Shown here: one piece after another, positions 18,555 through 27,088 of the stretch
Numbering within the stretch: position 1 is the first letter of the stretch
How the letters are laid out: every line of letters starts with the position of its first letter
The notes under the pieces: generated by a model
The model's database searches: none
Seen by the model: only the letters and a program-made list of their open reading frames with translations
What the model was told of the DNA's origin: nothing
Origin: an uncultured Actinomycetota bacterium
GTDB lineage: Bacteria > Actinomycetota > Actinomycetes > JAFAQI01
Assembly (NCBI GenBank): GCA_963770565.1
Contig: CAVYQE010000001.1
Location: 1,184,001-1,248,000, forward strand
Direction: 5' to 3'
DNA length: 64,000 nucleotides
Translations under genes and position numbers: made by a program

Positions 18555-19840
18555 CCATCGTCCACTTCCTGAACCAGTTCTTCGCCGGCCTCGGCGGCGA
18601 GGAGGCCGCCGACGTCGCGCCCAGCCGGATCCAGGGACCGGTCGGCCCCGGTCGCGGGCTGGAGGGTGCCGGCCTGCCGATCGACGTCACGATCAGCTGT
18701 GGCGACAACTACTTCGGCGAGCACGAGGCTGCGGCACTCGGCGTGATGCTCGACTGGCTCACCGAGCTCGCCCCTGATGTGCTCGTGTGCGGTCCGGCGT
18801 TCGGATCCGGTCGCTACGGCTACGTGTGCGGCTCGCTCGCCCGCGAGGCTGGCCGGCGCGGCATCCCGGTCGTCACCGGCATGACGCCCGAGAACCCTGG
18901 CGTACTGGCGGCCGACGGTTCGGCGTACATCGTCCCGACCGGACCCAACGTCGCGGGCATGCGGACCGCGCTTCCGGTGATGGCCGACCTCGCCCGGCGG
19001 CTCGCAGCCGGCGACCCGGTCGGTGGGCCGGCCGAGGAAGGCTATCTGCCACGTGGCGTCCGCAAGAACGTCCGCGCGCCAAAGGTCGCCGCCGTGCGGG
19101 CGATCTCCGCGCTGCTCGCCAAGCTCGCCGGCTCGGTGCAGACCGAGGTCGAGCCGGTCGGACGCCCGGTCCCGCCGCCGCCGGCCCTCGCCGATCTCGC
19201 GACCGCGACGATCGCGTTGGTCACCGAGGCGGGCTGCGTGCCGCAGGGCAACCCCGACCGCCTTCCGACCCGGCACTCCAACATCTGGCTGCGCTATCCG
19301 CTCGCCGGGGTCGCATCGCTCGGTGCCGACAGCTACGAGTCCGTCCACGCCGGCTTCGACACGACCGCAGCCAACGACGACCCGAATCGCCTGGTGCCGC
19401 TCGACGCGGCCCGGATCCTCGAGCACGAAGGCCGCTTCGGCCGGATCTACGACTTCTTCTACACCACCTCGGGCGTTGACACTCCCGACGCCACGGCCGC
19501 GAAGTTCGGCCAGGAGATCGCCGCGGAGCTCGTCGCTGCCGGGGTGCAAGGGGTGATTCTCACTGGCACTTGAGGCACCGGCACGCGTTGCGGGGCAACG
19601 CTCGGGAAAGAACTGGAGAGAGCGGGGATCGGCACGGTGTTCATCACGGCGCTTCCATCGATCGCGCAGATGGTCGGTGTGAACCGGATCCTGCGCGGCT
19701 CCGCGATCACCGCTCCGACCGGAGACGCGTCGCTCGCGGCCGCCGACGAGGCGTCGCTTCGGCGTCGGATCGTCGAGCGTGCGCTCGACATGCTGACGGT
19801 CGACGTCGAGCCTCTGACGGTCTGGGACGTGCCCTCTTGA
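18551..19840 (+). CDS. grdB: Glycine/sarcosine/betaine reductase selenoprotein B (GrdB/F/H family), Sec at codon 341 (TGA 19571-19573), 429 aa
   Basis: Starts MTIVHFLNQFFAGLGGEEAAD; contains CGDNYF and GPAFGSGRYG. Read-through gives VILTGT-U-GTGTRCGATLGKELERAGI...VGVNRI...RRRIVERAL, matching the GrdB C-terminus. selABCD are adjacent. Confidence 0.95.
19585..19601 (+). promoter_or_regulatory. SECIS-like hairpin of grdB
   Basis: Perfect 7-bp stem GCGTTGC-GGG-GCAACGC beginning after an 11-nt spacer from the UGA, with G-rich loop. Confidence 0.8.
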
Positions 19841-21147
19841 CCCGTCGCGCCGCGATCCTCAACGCCTCGCTCACTCTTCAGCACGTACCGGACCTCGTGC
19901 GGTACGGCTCGAAACCCAGCCGTGAGCAGGCCCGGATTCCCGACGTACTGAAAGCGCTGCGGTCCTACGACGATGCAGTGGGGTACGCACCGAACCAGGT
20001 GTTCATCGGCAACCTGCCGGTCGAGGAGCTGAACACCCTCGAGCGACCGTGGTGGGGCCGGCACACCGAGGGCAAGCCGGTCGGTCCGACTGGCGAGATC
20101 CTCGAGCAGTCGGCGTTCTACCGCCTGATGGCCGAGCTGGACCAGTTCGACCTGGTCAAGCTCGGCGAGTCGCCGGGTGCGGGCGAGCTTCCGCTCTTCG
20201 AGGGCGCGGAGGTCGTCGGCGCGTTCGCCGGCGCACACGAAGCCGATGAGTCGCTGTCCGCCCAGGTGCTGCTCGAGAACCTCGCCTGCAAGGCCGGCGC
20301 AGTGCATGCGACCCGGTTCATGCTCGCGCAGTCGGGCGTCCACCCGGACTCGGTCTCGTATGTGATGGGCAGCGGCGAGGAGGCGATCGGCGACCGCTAC
20401 CAGCGCGGTGGCGGAGGTCTTGGCAAGTCCGTTGCCGAGGCGGCCGGTCTCGGCCAGGCGAGCGGCAGCGACATCAAGGCGTTCTGCGCCGGGCCTCTGC
20501 ACGCGATGATCCTCGCCGGCGCACTGGTCGAGTCGGGGGTCTACGACCGGGTCGCGGTCGTCGCCGGAGGCGCGCTTGGCAAGCTGGGCATGAAGTTCGA
20601 GGGCCTGCTGTCGCACGGCAGCCCGATCCTCGAAGACGTGCTCGCCGGGATGGCGATCCTGATCGGGGTCGCGGAGGAGCCGGGCCAGCTCGTGCTGCGG
20701 ATGGACGCGGTCGGGCGGCACCGGGTCGCGGCCGGCTCATCACAACAAGCGCTGCTCGAGGACATCGTCGGCGCACCGCTGTCAGCCATGGGCCGGTCGG
20801 TGACCGACATCGAGGTCTACGCGACCGAGCTGCACAACCCGGAGATCACCGAGCCGGCGGGTGGCGGCGACGTACCGAACCGCAACTACCGGATGCTCGC
20901 CGGCCTCGGGATCCTTCGTGGCGAGCTCACGCGCGAAGACGCCGCGCAGTTCGTCGCGACCCACGGACTGCCCGGCTTCTCGCCCACCCAGGGACACATC
21001 GCGTCGGCGGTGCCGTGGATCCCGCACGCCGTCCGTCGGGCGGCGCAGGGCGAGCTCAGAACTACGATGCTGATGGCGAAGGGCAGCCTCTTCCTCGGTC
21101 GCATGACGCGGCTGTGGGACGGGGCTTCGCTCACCGTGGAGGCATGA
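19837..21147 (+). CDS. grdC: Glycine/sarcosine/betaine reductase component C subunit beta (GrdC, FabH/thiolase-like)
   Basis: HVPDLVRYGSKP, LLENLACKA, EEAIGDRYQRGGGG, DIKAFCAGP, KLGM, ELHNPEITEPAG.GDVP..NYRM, PGFSPTQGHI and KGSLFLGRMT motifs. TTG start overlaps the grdB stop (TTGA). Confidence 0.92.
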   Translation: MTRRAAILNASLTLQHVPDLVRYGSKPSREQARIPDVLKALRSYDDAVGYAPNQVFIGNLPVEELNTLERPWWGRHTEGKPVGPTGEILEQSAFYRLMAELDQFDLVKLGESPGAGELPLFEGAEVVGAFAGAHEADESLSAQVLLENLACKAGAVHATRFMLAQSGVHPDSVSYVMGSGEEAIGDRYQRGGGGLGKSVAEAAGLGQASGSDIKAFCAGPLHAMILAGALVESGVYDRVAVVAGGALGKLGMKFEGLLSHGSPILEDVLAGMAILIGVAEEPGQLVLRMDAVGRHRVAAGSSQQALLEDIVGAPLSAMGRSVTDIEVYATELHNPEITEPAGGGDVPNRNYRMLAGLGILRGELTREDAAQFVATHGLPGFSPTQGHIASAVPWIPHAVRRAAQGELRTTMLMAKGSLFLGRMTRLWDGASLTVEA

Positions 21148-21507
21148 ATGGCGATCGACGTGACGGAGGAGACTTTTCCGGCCCTCGTGGAGCGCGGGCA
21201 CGTGCTGCTGGACGTGTGGGGGCCCGACTGTGGTCCGTGCATCGCAATGATGCCGTACGTGCAGACGCTCGAAGAGGAGTACGCCGGCCGGGTCGCGGTG
21301 CTCAAGCTCGAGGCTCCCGAGCATCGCAAGCTCTGTCGCGAGCTGCGGGTCGCCGGCCTTCCGGCGTACATCACCATGCGTGACGGCGTCGAGGTCGAGC
21401 GCGTCACCAGCACCCAGGCGACCAGGGAGAACATCAAGGCCGCCGTCGAACGCCTGCTGGCCGGTGCACCGGCCAGAGGACTTCCCGTTCCCGAACATCT
21501 GCGCTGA
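21148..21507 (+). CDS. trxA: Thioredoxin (Grd-associated type, WGPDCGPC)
   Basis: LLDVWGPDCGPC and GLPAY (cis-Pro) motifs; lies between grdC and grdA. Confidence 0.9.
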   Translation: MAIDVTEETFPALVERGHVLLDVWGPDCGPCIAMMPYVQTLEEEYAGRVAVLKLEAPEHRKLCRELRVAGLPAYITMRDGVEVERVTSTQATRENIKAAVERLLAGAPARGLPVPEHLR

Positions 21508-21526
21508 GGAGGTGAAGAACAAAGCT

Positions 21527-21985
21527 ATGGACCTCAAAGGAAAGAAGGTCATTGCGCTCGGGGATCGCGACAGCGTTCCCGGTGAAGTGATCGCCGCGGT
21601 GGCGGAAGCCGCCGGTGCGGAAGTGGTGGCCCAACGAACGGAGTGCTTCGTTTGAACGGCTTCCGGCGCAATGGATCCGGAAAACCAGGCGTTGATCAAG
21701 CAGCTCGCAGCTGAGCTCGGCACCGAGGATCTTGTTGTCATCCTCGGAGCTGCCGACGCGGAGGCGGTCGAAGTGGCCGCCGAGACGGTGCGAGAGGGAG
21801 ATCCCGCGTACGTGGGTCCGTTGGCCGGAGTCCAGTTGGGACTCCAGGTTCTTCACATCTTCGAAGACTCGATCAAGGAGCAGGTCGAGGGGAGCGTCTA
21901 CGACGAGCAGGTCGGATTCTTCGAGCTGTCTTTCGACACCGAGGCGATCAACGAGGCGATGCGGCGGGCGCGCGGCGAGAGCTAG
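21527..21985 (+). CDS. grdA: Glycine/sarcosine/betaine reductase selenoprotein A (GrdA), Sec at codon 43 (TGA 21653-21655), 152 aa
   Basis: AGGAGGTG SD upstream. MDLKGKKVIALGDRDSVPG...TECFV-U-TASGAMDPENQ...GDPAYVGPLAGVQLGL is the classic GrdA CxxU context. Confidence 0.96.
21661..21682 (+). promoter_or_regulatory. SECIS-like hairpin of grdA
   Basis: TTCCGG-CGCAATGGAT-CCGGAA, a 6-bp stem starting 5 nt after the UGA. Confidence 0.6.
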
Positions 21986-22100
21986 CGGCCCGACGTGACT
22001 CGGGATCCGACCCGGGTTCGCGGTCGTGCGCTGTTCCCCCTGATCTGCTCGGCGGCGCGGTCTTCATCGCTGCTCGTTGACGAAAGACAGGGGAGATCAA

Positions 22101-23219
22101 GTGTTGGCGGATCAGGATCGACTTCGCAGTGTGATCGACGACGTCGTTCGGCCGCACGCGGCCGATATCGACGTGAACGGCAAGTTCCCGCGCGATGCGG
22201 TGACCGCATTGGGCGAGCAGGGCATCCTTGGCCTGACCATCCCGGCGGATCTGGGTGGAGGTGGCGGCTCCCTGGCGGACGCCGCCGACGTGGTCCGGCA
22301 ACTGGCTGAGGTCTGCGGCTCCACCGCGATGGTCGTGCTCATGCACTACGCGGGCACCGTGCTCATCGACAACCACGGACCCGAGGACGTCCGCCGGGCG
22401 ATCGGCGCGGGTCGGCACTTGACCACGCTGGCGTTCTCTGAGCGCGGGTCGCGCAGCCACTTCTGGGCTCCGCAGAGTATGGCGACCGCGGTCGACCCGG
22501 GCGTGCGTCTCGACGCGCACAAGAGCTGGGTCACCTCCGCAGGCGAGGCGGACAGCTACGTCTGGTCGAGTCGGCCGCTGTCCGCGGACGGCCCGATGTC
22601 GCTCTGGCTGGTCCCGTCCGAGCTGGCCGGACTGACCGTGGGTGGCAGCTTCGACGGGCTCGGACTGCGCGGGAACGGTTCGGTGCCGGTGGAGGCCGAC
22701 AACGTCGTGATCCCGGCGGGCGCCGCGCTCGGCGCGGACGGAGCGGGCTTGGATCTCGCGCTCGCCGAGGTGCTCCCGTGGTTCCTCGTCATGAGTGCGG
22801 CGTTCAGCGTCGGTCTCATGGGTGCGGTCGTGGCCGAGACCGGTGGCCACTTGGTGTCGACCAGGTTGGAGCATCTCGACCAGTCACTCGCCGAACAACC
22901 TCTGACCAGGGTCGATCACGCCCGGATGCGAATCGCGACCGACCAGGCGGCCGCGCTCGTCTCGGACACCCTGACCGCGCTGGCAACGGGTCGCGAGGAT
23001 GCGATGCTGCGGGTGCTGGAGGTCAAGGCCGCGGCCGGCGAGGCAGCAGTGACGGTGACGGACCTCGCGATGAAGATCTGTGGCGGCGCCGCGTTCCGCA
23101 AGGAGCTCGGCATCGAGCGCCGGTTCCGCGACGCGCGAGCGGCCCGGGTGATGGCGCCGACCACCGACGCGCTGCTCGACTTCGTCGGTCGCGCGATCAA
23201 CGGGCTTCCGCTGCTATGA
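22101..23219 (+). CDS. Acyl-CoA dehydrogenase-fold flavoprotein (atypical active site)
   Basis: IPADLGGGG, LAFSE.GS, KSWVTS, GLRGNGS and IERRFRDARA motifs. GGGGAG SD before GTG at 22101. Confidence 0.88.
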   Translation: MLADQDRLRSVIDDVVRPHAADIDVNGKFPRDAVTALGEQGILGLTIPADLGGGGGSLADAADVVRQLAEVCGSTAMVVLMHYAGTVLIDNHGPEDVRRAIGAGRHLTTLAFSERGSRSHFWAPQSMATAVDPGVRLDAHKSWVTSAGEADSYVWSSRPLSADGPMSLWLVPSELAGLTVGGSFDGLGLRGNGSVPVEADNVVIPAGAALGADGAGLDLALAEVLPWFLVMSAAFSVGLMGAVVAETGGHLVSTRLEHLDQSLAEQPLTRVDHARMRIATDQAAALVSDTLTALATGREDAMLRVLEVKAAAGEAAVTVTDLAMKICGGAAFRKELGIERRFRDARAARVMAPTTDALLDFVGRAINGLPLL

Positions 23220-23305
23220 GCGAGTACCGAAGCGAAGCGAAGGTGGCTCGCTCCAATGTGATCAGCGACTCCGCACCGGTGCGCCCGTCAAGGGTGCACC
23301 AGTGA
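23216..23305 (+). repeat. MIRU-like interspersed element carrying a translationally coupled 29-codon mini-ORF
   Basis: Its ATG overlaps the ACAD stop (ATGA) and its TGA overlaps the next GTG (GTGA). It contains CGAAGCGAAGCGAAG. TGAGCGAG occurs at both ends. Confidence 0.65.
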
Positions 23306-24123
23306 GCGAGGTCGTGCTTGGTGCAGTGGCGTACGACGCCAAGGTCGTGACCATCTGGGACGGCTTCCGGCGCTGGTTGCGCGACCATGAGCTGGACCTC
23401 GACTACGTCCTCTACTCGAACTACGAGCGACAGGTCGAGGACCTGGTGGGCGGACGGATCGACACGGCGTGGAACTCGCCGCTCGCCTGGGTCCGGGCCC
23501 GGCGAATGGCGCCGGACGCGCAGGCCGTGCTGATGCGTGACACCGACCAGGACCTGACGTCGGTCGTCGTTGTTCGCTCCGACTCGGATATCGAGTCGGT
23601 CGACCAGATCGAGGGGCGGGTCGTCGCCACCGGCGCGGTCGACTCGCCTCAGGGCACGTTGCTTCCGCTGCAGCTTCTCGGCGACCTCGCGGTCAAGGTC
23701 GACCGCAACGAGGTCGGGGTCGGCCTGCACGGCGACCACATCGGCGGCGAACGTGACGCCGCCCGTGCGCTCGCGGCCGGCGATGTCGATGCCGCCTGCA
23801 TGGTCGACGCCAACCATCTGCTGTTCACCCGGGAGGGCATCCTGCCGTCGAACGGCACCCGGATCATCGCTCGGACCGAGCCGTACGACCACTGCAACAT
23901 GACCGTCATCGGCGAGAGCTCTCCGGCGATGGTGCGGTTCGTCGACCTGCTGCTCGGGATGGACTATGCCGACCCGACCGTCCGCCCGCTGCTCGACCTC
24001 GAAGGCCTGACCCGCTGGCAGCCCGGGCGGGTCAGTGGCTACGCGCAGCTGGAGAACGCGGTCGACCGGCTCGGTTTCTACGACGGATCGGGGCGTGTCA
24101 TCGCTCGTGACTATCGACCGTGA
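23302..24123 (+). CDS. PhnD/SsuA-fold (phosphonate-binding family) protein without a signal peptide
   Basis: YSNYE..VE.L..G.ID.AWN.P, SVVVVRSDSDIES..Q.EG and GAVDSPQG motifs; also HGDHIGGE and YDHCN. No hydrophobic leader or lipobox. Confidence 0.8.
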   Translation: MSEVVLGAVAYDAKVVTIWDGFRRWLRDHELDLDYVLYSNYERQVEDLVGGRIDTAWNSPLAWVRARRMAPDAQAVLMRDTDQDLTSVVVVRSDSDIESVDQIEGRVVATGAVDSPQGTLLPLQLLGDLAVKVDRNEVGVGLHGDHIGGERDAARALAAGDVDAACMVDANHLLFTREGILPSNGTRIIARTEPYDHCNMTVIGESSPAMVRFVDLLLGMDYADPTVRPLLDLEGLTRWQPGRVSGYAQLENAVDRLGFYDGSGRVIARDYRP

Positions 24124-25279
24124 GGTGGATCTCGCCGCCCTCGGCCTCGACGGCGGCGGACATCTGATTCTCGACCGGGCGCTGGCCGGCATGGCGGCCG
24201 GTCAGCGTCTGCGGGTGCGCGGCCGCTCGCCGCACCTGCCGGTCCACCTTGCGGTATGGGCTCGCGCCCGGGGTCACCCGATGGCGGATCCGGACGTGGT
24301 GATTCGCGGCGACGTCGCCGACCGCCGGCTGGCCGGCGCCGAGCGGGCCGGCCAGGTCGACCACGTCGCGGACCGGGCCCCGCGCTCGTGGGGGCTGGCG
24401 GCTCGTGGTGCCCTGGTCGAGTTGGGCGGCCCTCCGCTCGCGCTCACCGACCTCGACACCCGCGACGAGGTGTGGACTGACCTCGCGCCCAAGCTCTACG
24501 CCCGCGCGGCCGCCTCGCAGTGGGACCCGGAGCGGGCCATCGACTGGACGCCGCCGGATCTGCCCGAGGACGTCGAGACCGCCGTCGTACAGCTCATGAC
24601 CTACCTGATCGAGAACGAGCAAGCCGCGCTGATCGTGCCCAGCCGATTCCTGGCCCGGATGCATCCGCACTACCGCGAGTCGATGCAGTTCCTGGCGACG
24701 CAGATCGCCGACGAGGCGCGGCACGTCGAGGTGTTCACCCGGCGCGCGCAGCTGACCGGCCACCCGCTCGGGGTGTCCGGGAGCGGCGGCCGGGCGTCAT
24801 TGCAGACCCTCCTCGACGAGCCCGAGTGGGCGACCGCGTCGTTCCTGCTGTCCGCGCTCGGCGAGGGCACCTTCCTCTCGCTGCTGACCTTCCTCGGCCG
24901 CTGGGCCCCGGACCCGTTGACCGCGCGGATTGCCGCCCTCGTAGTTCAGGACGAGTCTCGGCATGTGGCGTTCGCCCTCGGTCACCTCCGCGAGCACGTG
25001 CGTGCCGATCCCAATCTGCGCGACCGGCTGCGGCTTGCCGTCGAACGCCGGCATGACGCGCTCGCGCACACCGCCGGTCTCGCTCCGCATGTCCACGATG
25101 CGTTGGTCGTCATCGCCGCCGGGTCGTGGGAGCCCGACGCGATCGCCATCGGATGGGAACGGGTCCGCGGGCTCGAGGCGGAGATGGATGAAGGACGCCG
25201 ACGCCGGCTGGTCGGCCTCGGCTTCAGCGATGCGCAGGCGGCGGAGCTCTCTTCGTTGCACAGCCGGAACTTCATGTAG
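24107..25279 (+). CDS. Ferritin-like diiron-carboxylate protein with N-terminal TusA/SirA-like domain
   Basis: Diiron ligand pattern ENE...DEARH...GEG...DESRH. The N-terminus VDL..LG....L..AL..M..GQRLRV.......LAVWA..RGH resembles TusA. Start is 24107 or 24125. Confidence 0.8.
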   Translation: MTIDREVDLAALGLDGGGHLILDRALAGMAAGQRLRVRGRSPHLPVHLAVWARARGHPMADPDVVIRGDVADRRLAGAERAGQVDHVADRAPRSWGLAARGALVELGGPPLALTDLDTRDEVWTDLAPKLYARAAASQWDPERAIDWTPPDLPEDVETAVVQLMTYLIENEQAALIVPSRFLARMHPHYRESMQFLATQIADEARHVEVFTRRAQLTGHPLGVSGSGGRASLQTLLDEPEWATASFLLSALGEGTFLSLLTFLGRWAPDPLTARIAALVVQDESRHVAFALGHLREHVRADPNLRDRLRLAVERRHDALAHTAGLAPHVHDALVVIAAGSWEPDAIAIGWERVRGLEAEMDEGRRRRLVGLGFSDAQAAELSSLHSRNFM

Positions 25280-25287
25280 GCATTGGA

Positions 25288-27087
25288 GTGATGATCGAGG
25301 TCCGCGAACCCGGTACGACGACTGCTGCCGTGCGCGTCGTCGGGACGGCCGGGCATGTCGACCACGGCAAGTCCACTCTCGTGCGGTACCTCACCGGCAC
25401 CGACCCGGACCGCCTCGCCGAGGAGCGGCGGCGCGGCCTCACGATCGACCTCGGCTTCGCGTCGATGATGCTCCCGTCCGGTGTCGAGGTCGGTTTCGTC
25501 GATGTTCCCGGTCACGGCCGGTTCGTCAAGAACATGCTCGCCGGCGTCGGCGCGATCGACGCTTGCGTGTTCGTGGTCGCGGCGAACGAGGGCTGGATGC
25601 CGCAGTCCGAAGAGCACCTGCGGATCCTCGAGCTGCTCGGGATCGCGCACGGGCTGGTGTGCGTCACGAAGGTGGGTCTCGTTGATGACGACGATCTCCA
25701 GCTCGCGCGGATGGAGATCGCCGAGCGGGTAGCGGGGACGTTCCTCTCGGGCGCGGAGGTCGTCGCGGTCGATGTCGAGGCGGGCGTTGGTCTGGACGGC
25801 CCGGAGGGCCTGCGGGCCGCCCTCGAGCGTTTGATCGAGCACACGCCGGCCGCGCCCGACCACGACCGGCCGAGGCTGCACATCGACCGGTCGTTCGCGT
25901 TGGCCGGCGCGGGGACGGTCGTGACCGGCACGTTGACCGGCGGGTCGGTGCGGGTGGGCGACCGGCTCGTGATCGAGCCGGGCGGCACGGCGGTGCGCGT
26001 CCGCGGCCTGCACGGGCACGGCCGAGAGCTCGAGGTCGCGGCGCCTGGTCGCCGCCTCGCACTGAGCCTTTCGGGCGTCGCCCATCGCGACGTACATCGC
26101 GGCCAGGCCTTGGTCCGTGCGGGGCAGTGGCGGCCGACCAAGCGCGTCGACGCTTCGCTCGCGGTGCTGTCCGGCCTCGCGCATCCGGTGACCCGTCGCG
26201 GGGCTTACGTCGCGCACATCGGCGCGGGGGAGTACCCGGTGTCGTCGCTCTCGCTGCTCTCCGGCCGATCGGAGATCGAACCCGGAGACACCGGTCTGGT
26301 CCGGTTGCGCCTGCCGACCGCGCTGCCGCTCGTGCCGGGCGACCGGTACGTGCTGCGCGAGTCCGGTCGCGGCGAGACCGTCGGAGGCGGCGAGATCCTC
26401 GACATCGCTCCGATCCTGCCGCCGTCGAAGGCCGCGCCGAGCCGATCGGTCGAGCGGGTCGTGCGCGAGCGCGGTCACGTCGACGTGGACGAGCTCGAGC
26501 GGCTGACCGGCGTACGGCGAACGCCCAACCTCGGGCATTGGCTGGTCGACGACGCTGCGCTGGTCGCGGCGCGGCGCGCGGTTCGGGCCGCGGTCGACGA
26601 GGCAGAGCACGCGGGGGTCGACCTGGCGGCGCTGACCGAGGTCGAGCGGGCCGCGGTGCCATCGGTGGACGGCATCGTCGTGATCGGCAACACCGTCTAC
26701 TCCGCGGAGATCGCTGCGGCCGGGCCGAGTCATGGGCAGACGGCGTACCTGGCTGCTCTGGAGGCCGCTCCGTTCTCACCACCGCCGCCGGAACGCCTCG
26801 ATCGCTCGGAACTGCGTGCGCTCGAGCGCGACGGGCTGGTCGTGCACAGCGAGGACGTGTGGTTCGCGTCCTCCGCGATCGAGGAGGCGGCGGGCATCAT
26901 CGCCGGCCTTCTTCAGGACAACGACGACGGCTTGACCGTCTCGACCATTCGCGCGGCGCTCGGAACGACCCGCCGGTACGTCGTCCCGCTGCTCGCGCAC
27001 CTGGACTCGACCGGCGTCACCCGACGTCGTGAGGATCGCCGCTTCGCGGGTCCGCGACTGCCCGACCTCGAATCGGAGGCTGAATAG
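25288..27087 (+). CDS. selB: Selenocysteine-specific translation elongation factor SelB
   Basis: GTAGHVDHGKS, DRLAEERRRGLTIDLGF and DVPGH motifs. C-terminal winged helix TRRYVVPLL.HLD..GVTRR. Confidence 0.96.
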   Translation: MMIEVREPGTTTAAVRVVGTAGHVDHGKSTLVRYLTGTDPDRLAEERRRGLTIDLGFASMMLPSGVEVGFVDVPGHGRFVKNMLAGVGAIDACVFVVAANEGWMPQSEEHLRILELLGIAHGLVCVTKVGLVDDDDLQLARMEIAERVAGTFLSGAEVVAVDVEAGVGLDGPEGLRAALERLIEHTPAAPDHDRPRLHIDRSFALAGAGTVVTGTLTGGSVRVGDRLVIEPGGTAVRVRGLHGHGRELEVAAPGRRLALSLSGVAHRDVHRGQALVRAGQWRPTKRVDASLAVLSGLAHPVTRRGAYVAHIGAGEYPVSSLSLLSGRSEIEPGDTGLVRLRLPTALPLVPGDRYVLRESGRGETVGGGEILDIAPILPPSKAAPSRSVERVVRERGHVDVDELERLTGVRRTPNLGHWLVDDAALVAARRAVRAAVDEAEHAGVDLAALTEVERAAVPSVDGIVVIGNTVYSAEIAAAGPSHGQTAYLAALEAAPFSPPPPERLDRSELRALERDGLVVHSEDVWFASSAIEEAAGIIAGLLQDNDDGLTVSTIRAALGTTRRYVVPLLAHLDSTGVTRRREDRRFAGPRLPDLESEAE

Positions 27088-27088
27088 C

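Noticed and set aside
19570-19836. N-terminal extension of grdC given by the ORF track
   Set aside because: It overlaps the read-through C-terminus of grdB. GrdC similarity begins at TTG 19837, which overlaps the grdB stop.
18551-21985. grdB and grdA as nonsense pseudogenes
   Set aside because: Both TGAs fall exactly at the known Sec positions, are followed by hairpins, and selABCD are adjacent.
18552-24123. Further Sec read-through at the TGA stops of grdE, grdC, trxA, ACAD and the PhnD-fold gene
   Set aside because: The proteins are complete at those stops, which overlap or abut the next start or SD; no redox motif context is present.
23302-24123. Phosphonate ABC transporter
   Set aside because: No signal peptide or lipobox and no phnC/phnE partners nearby.
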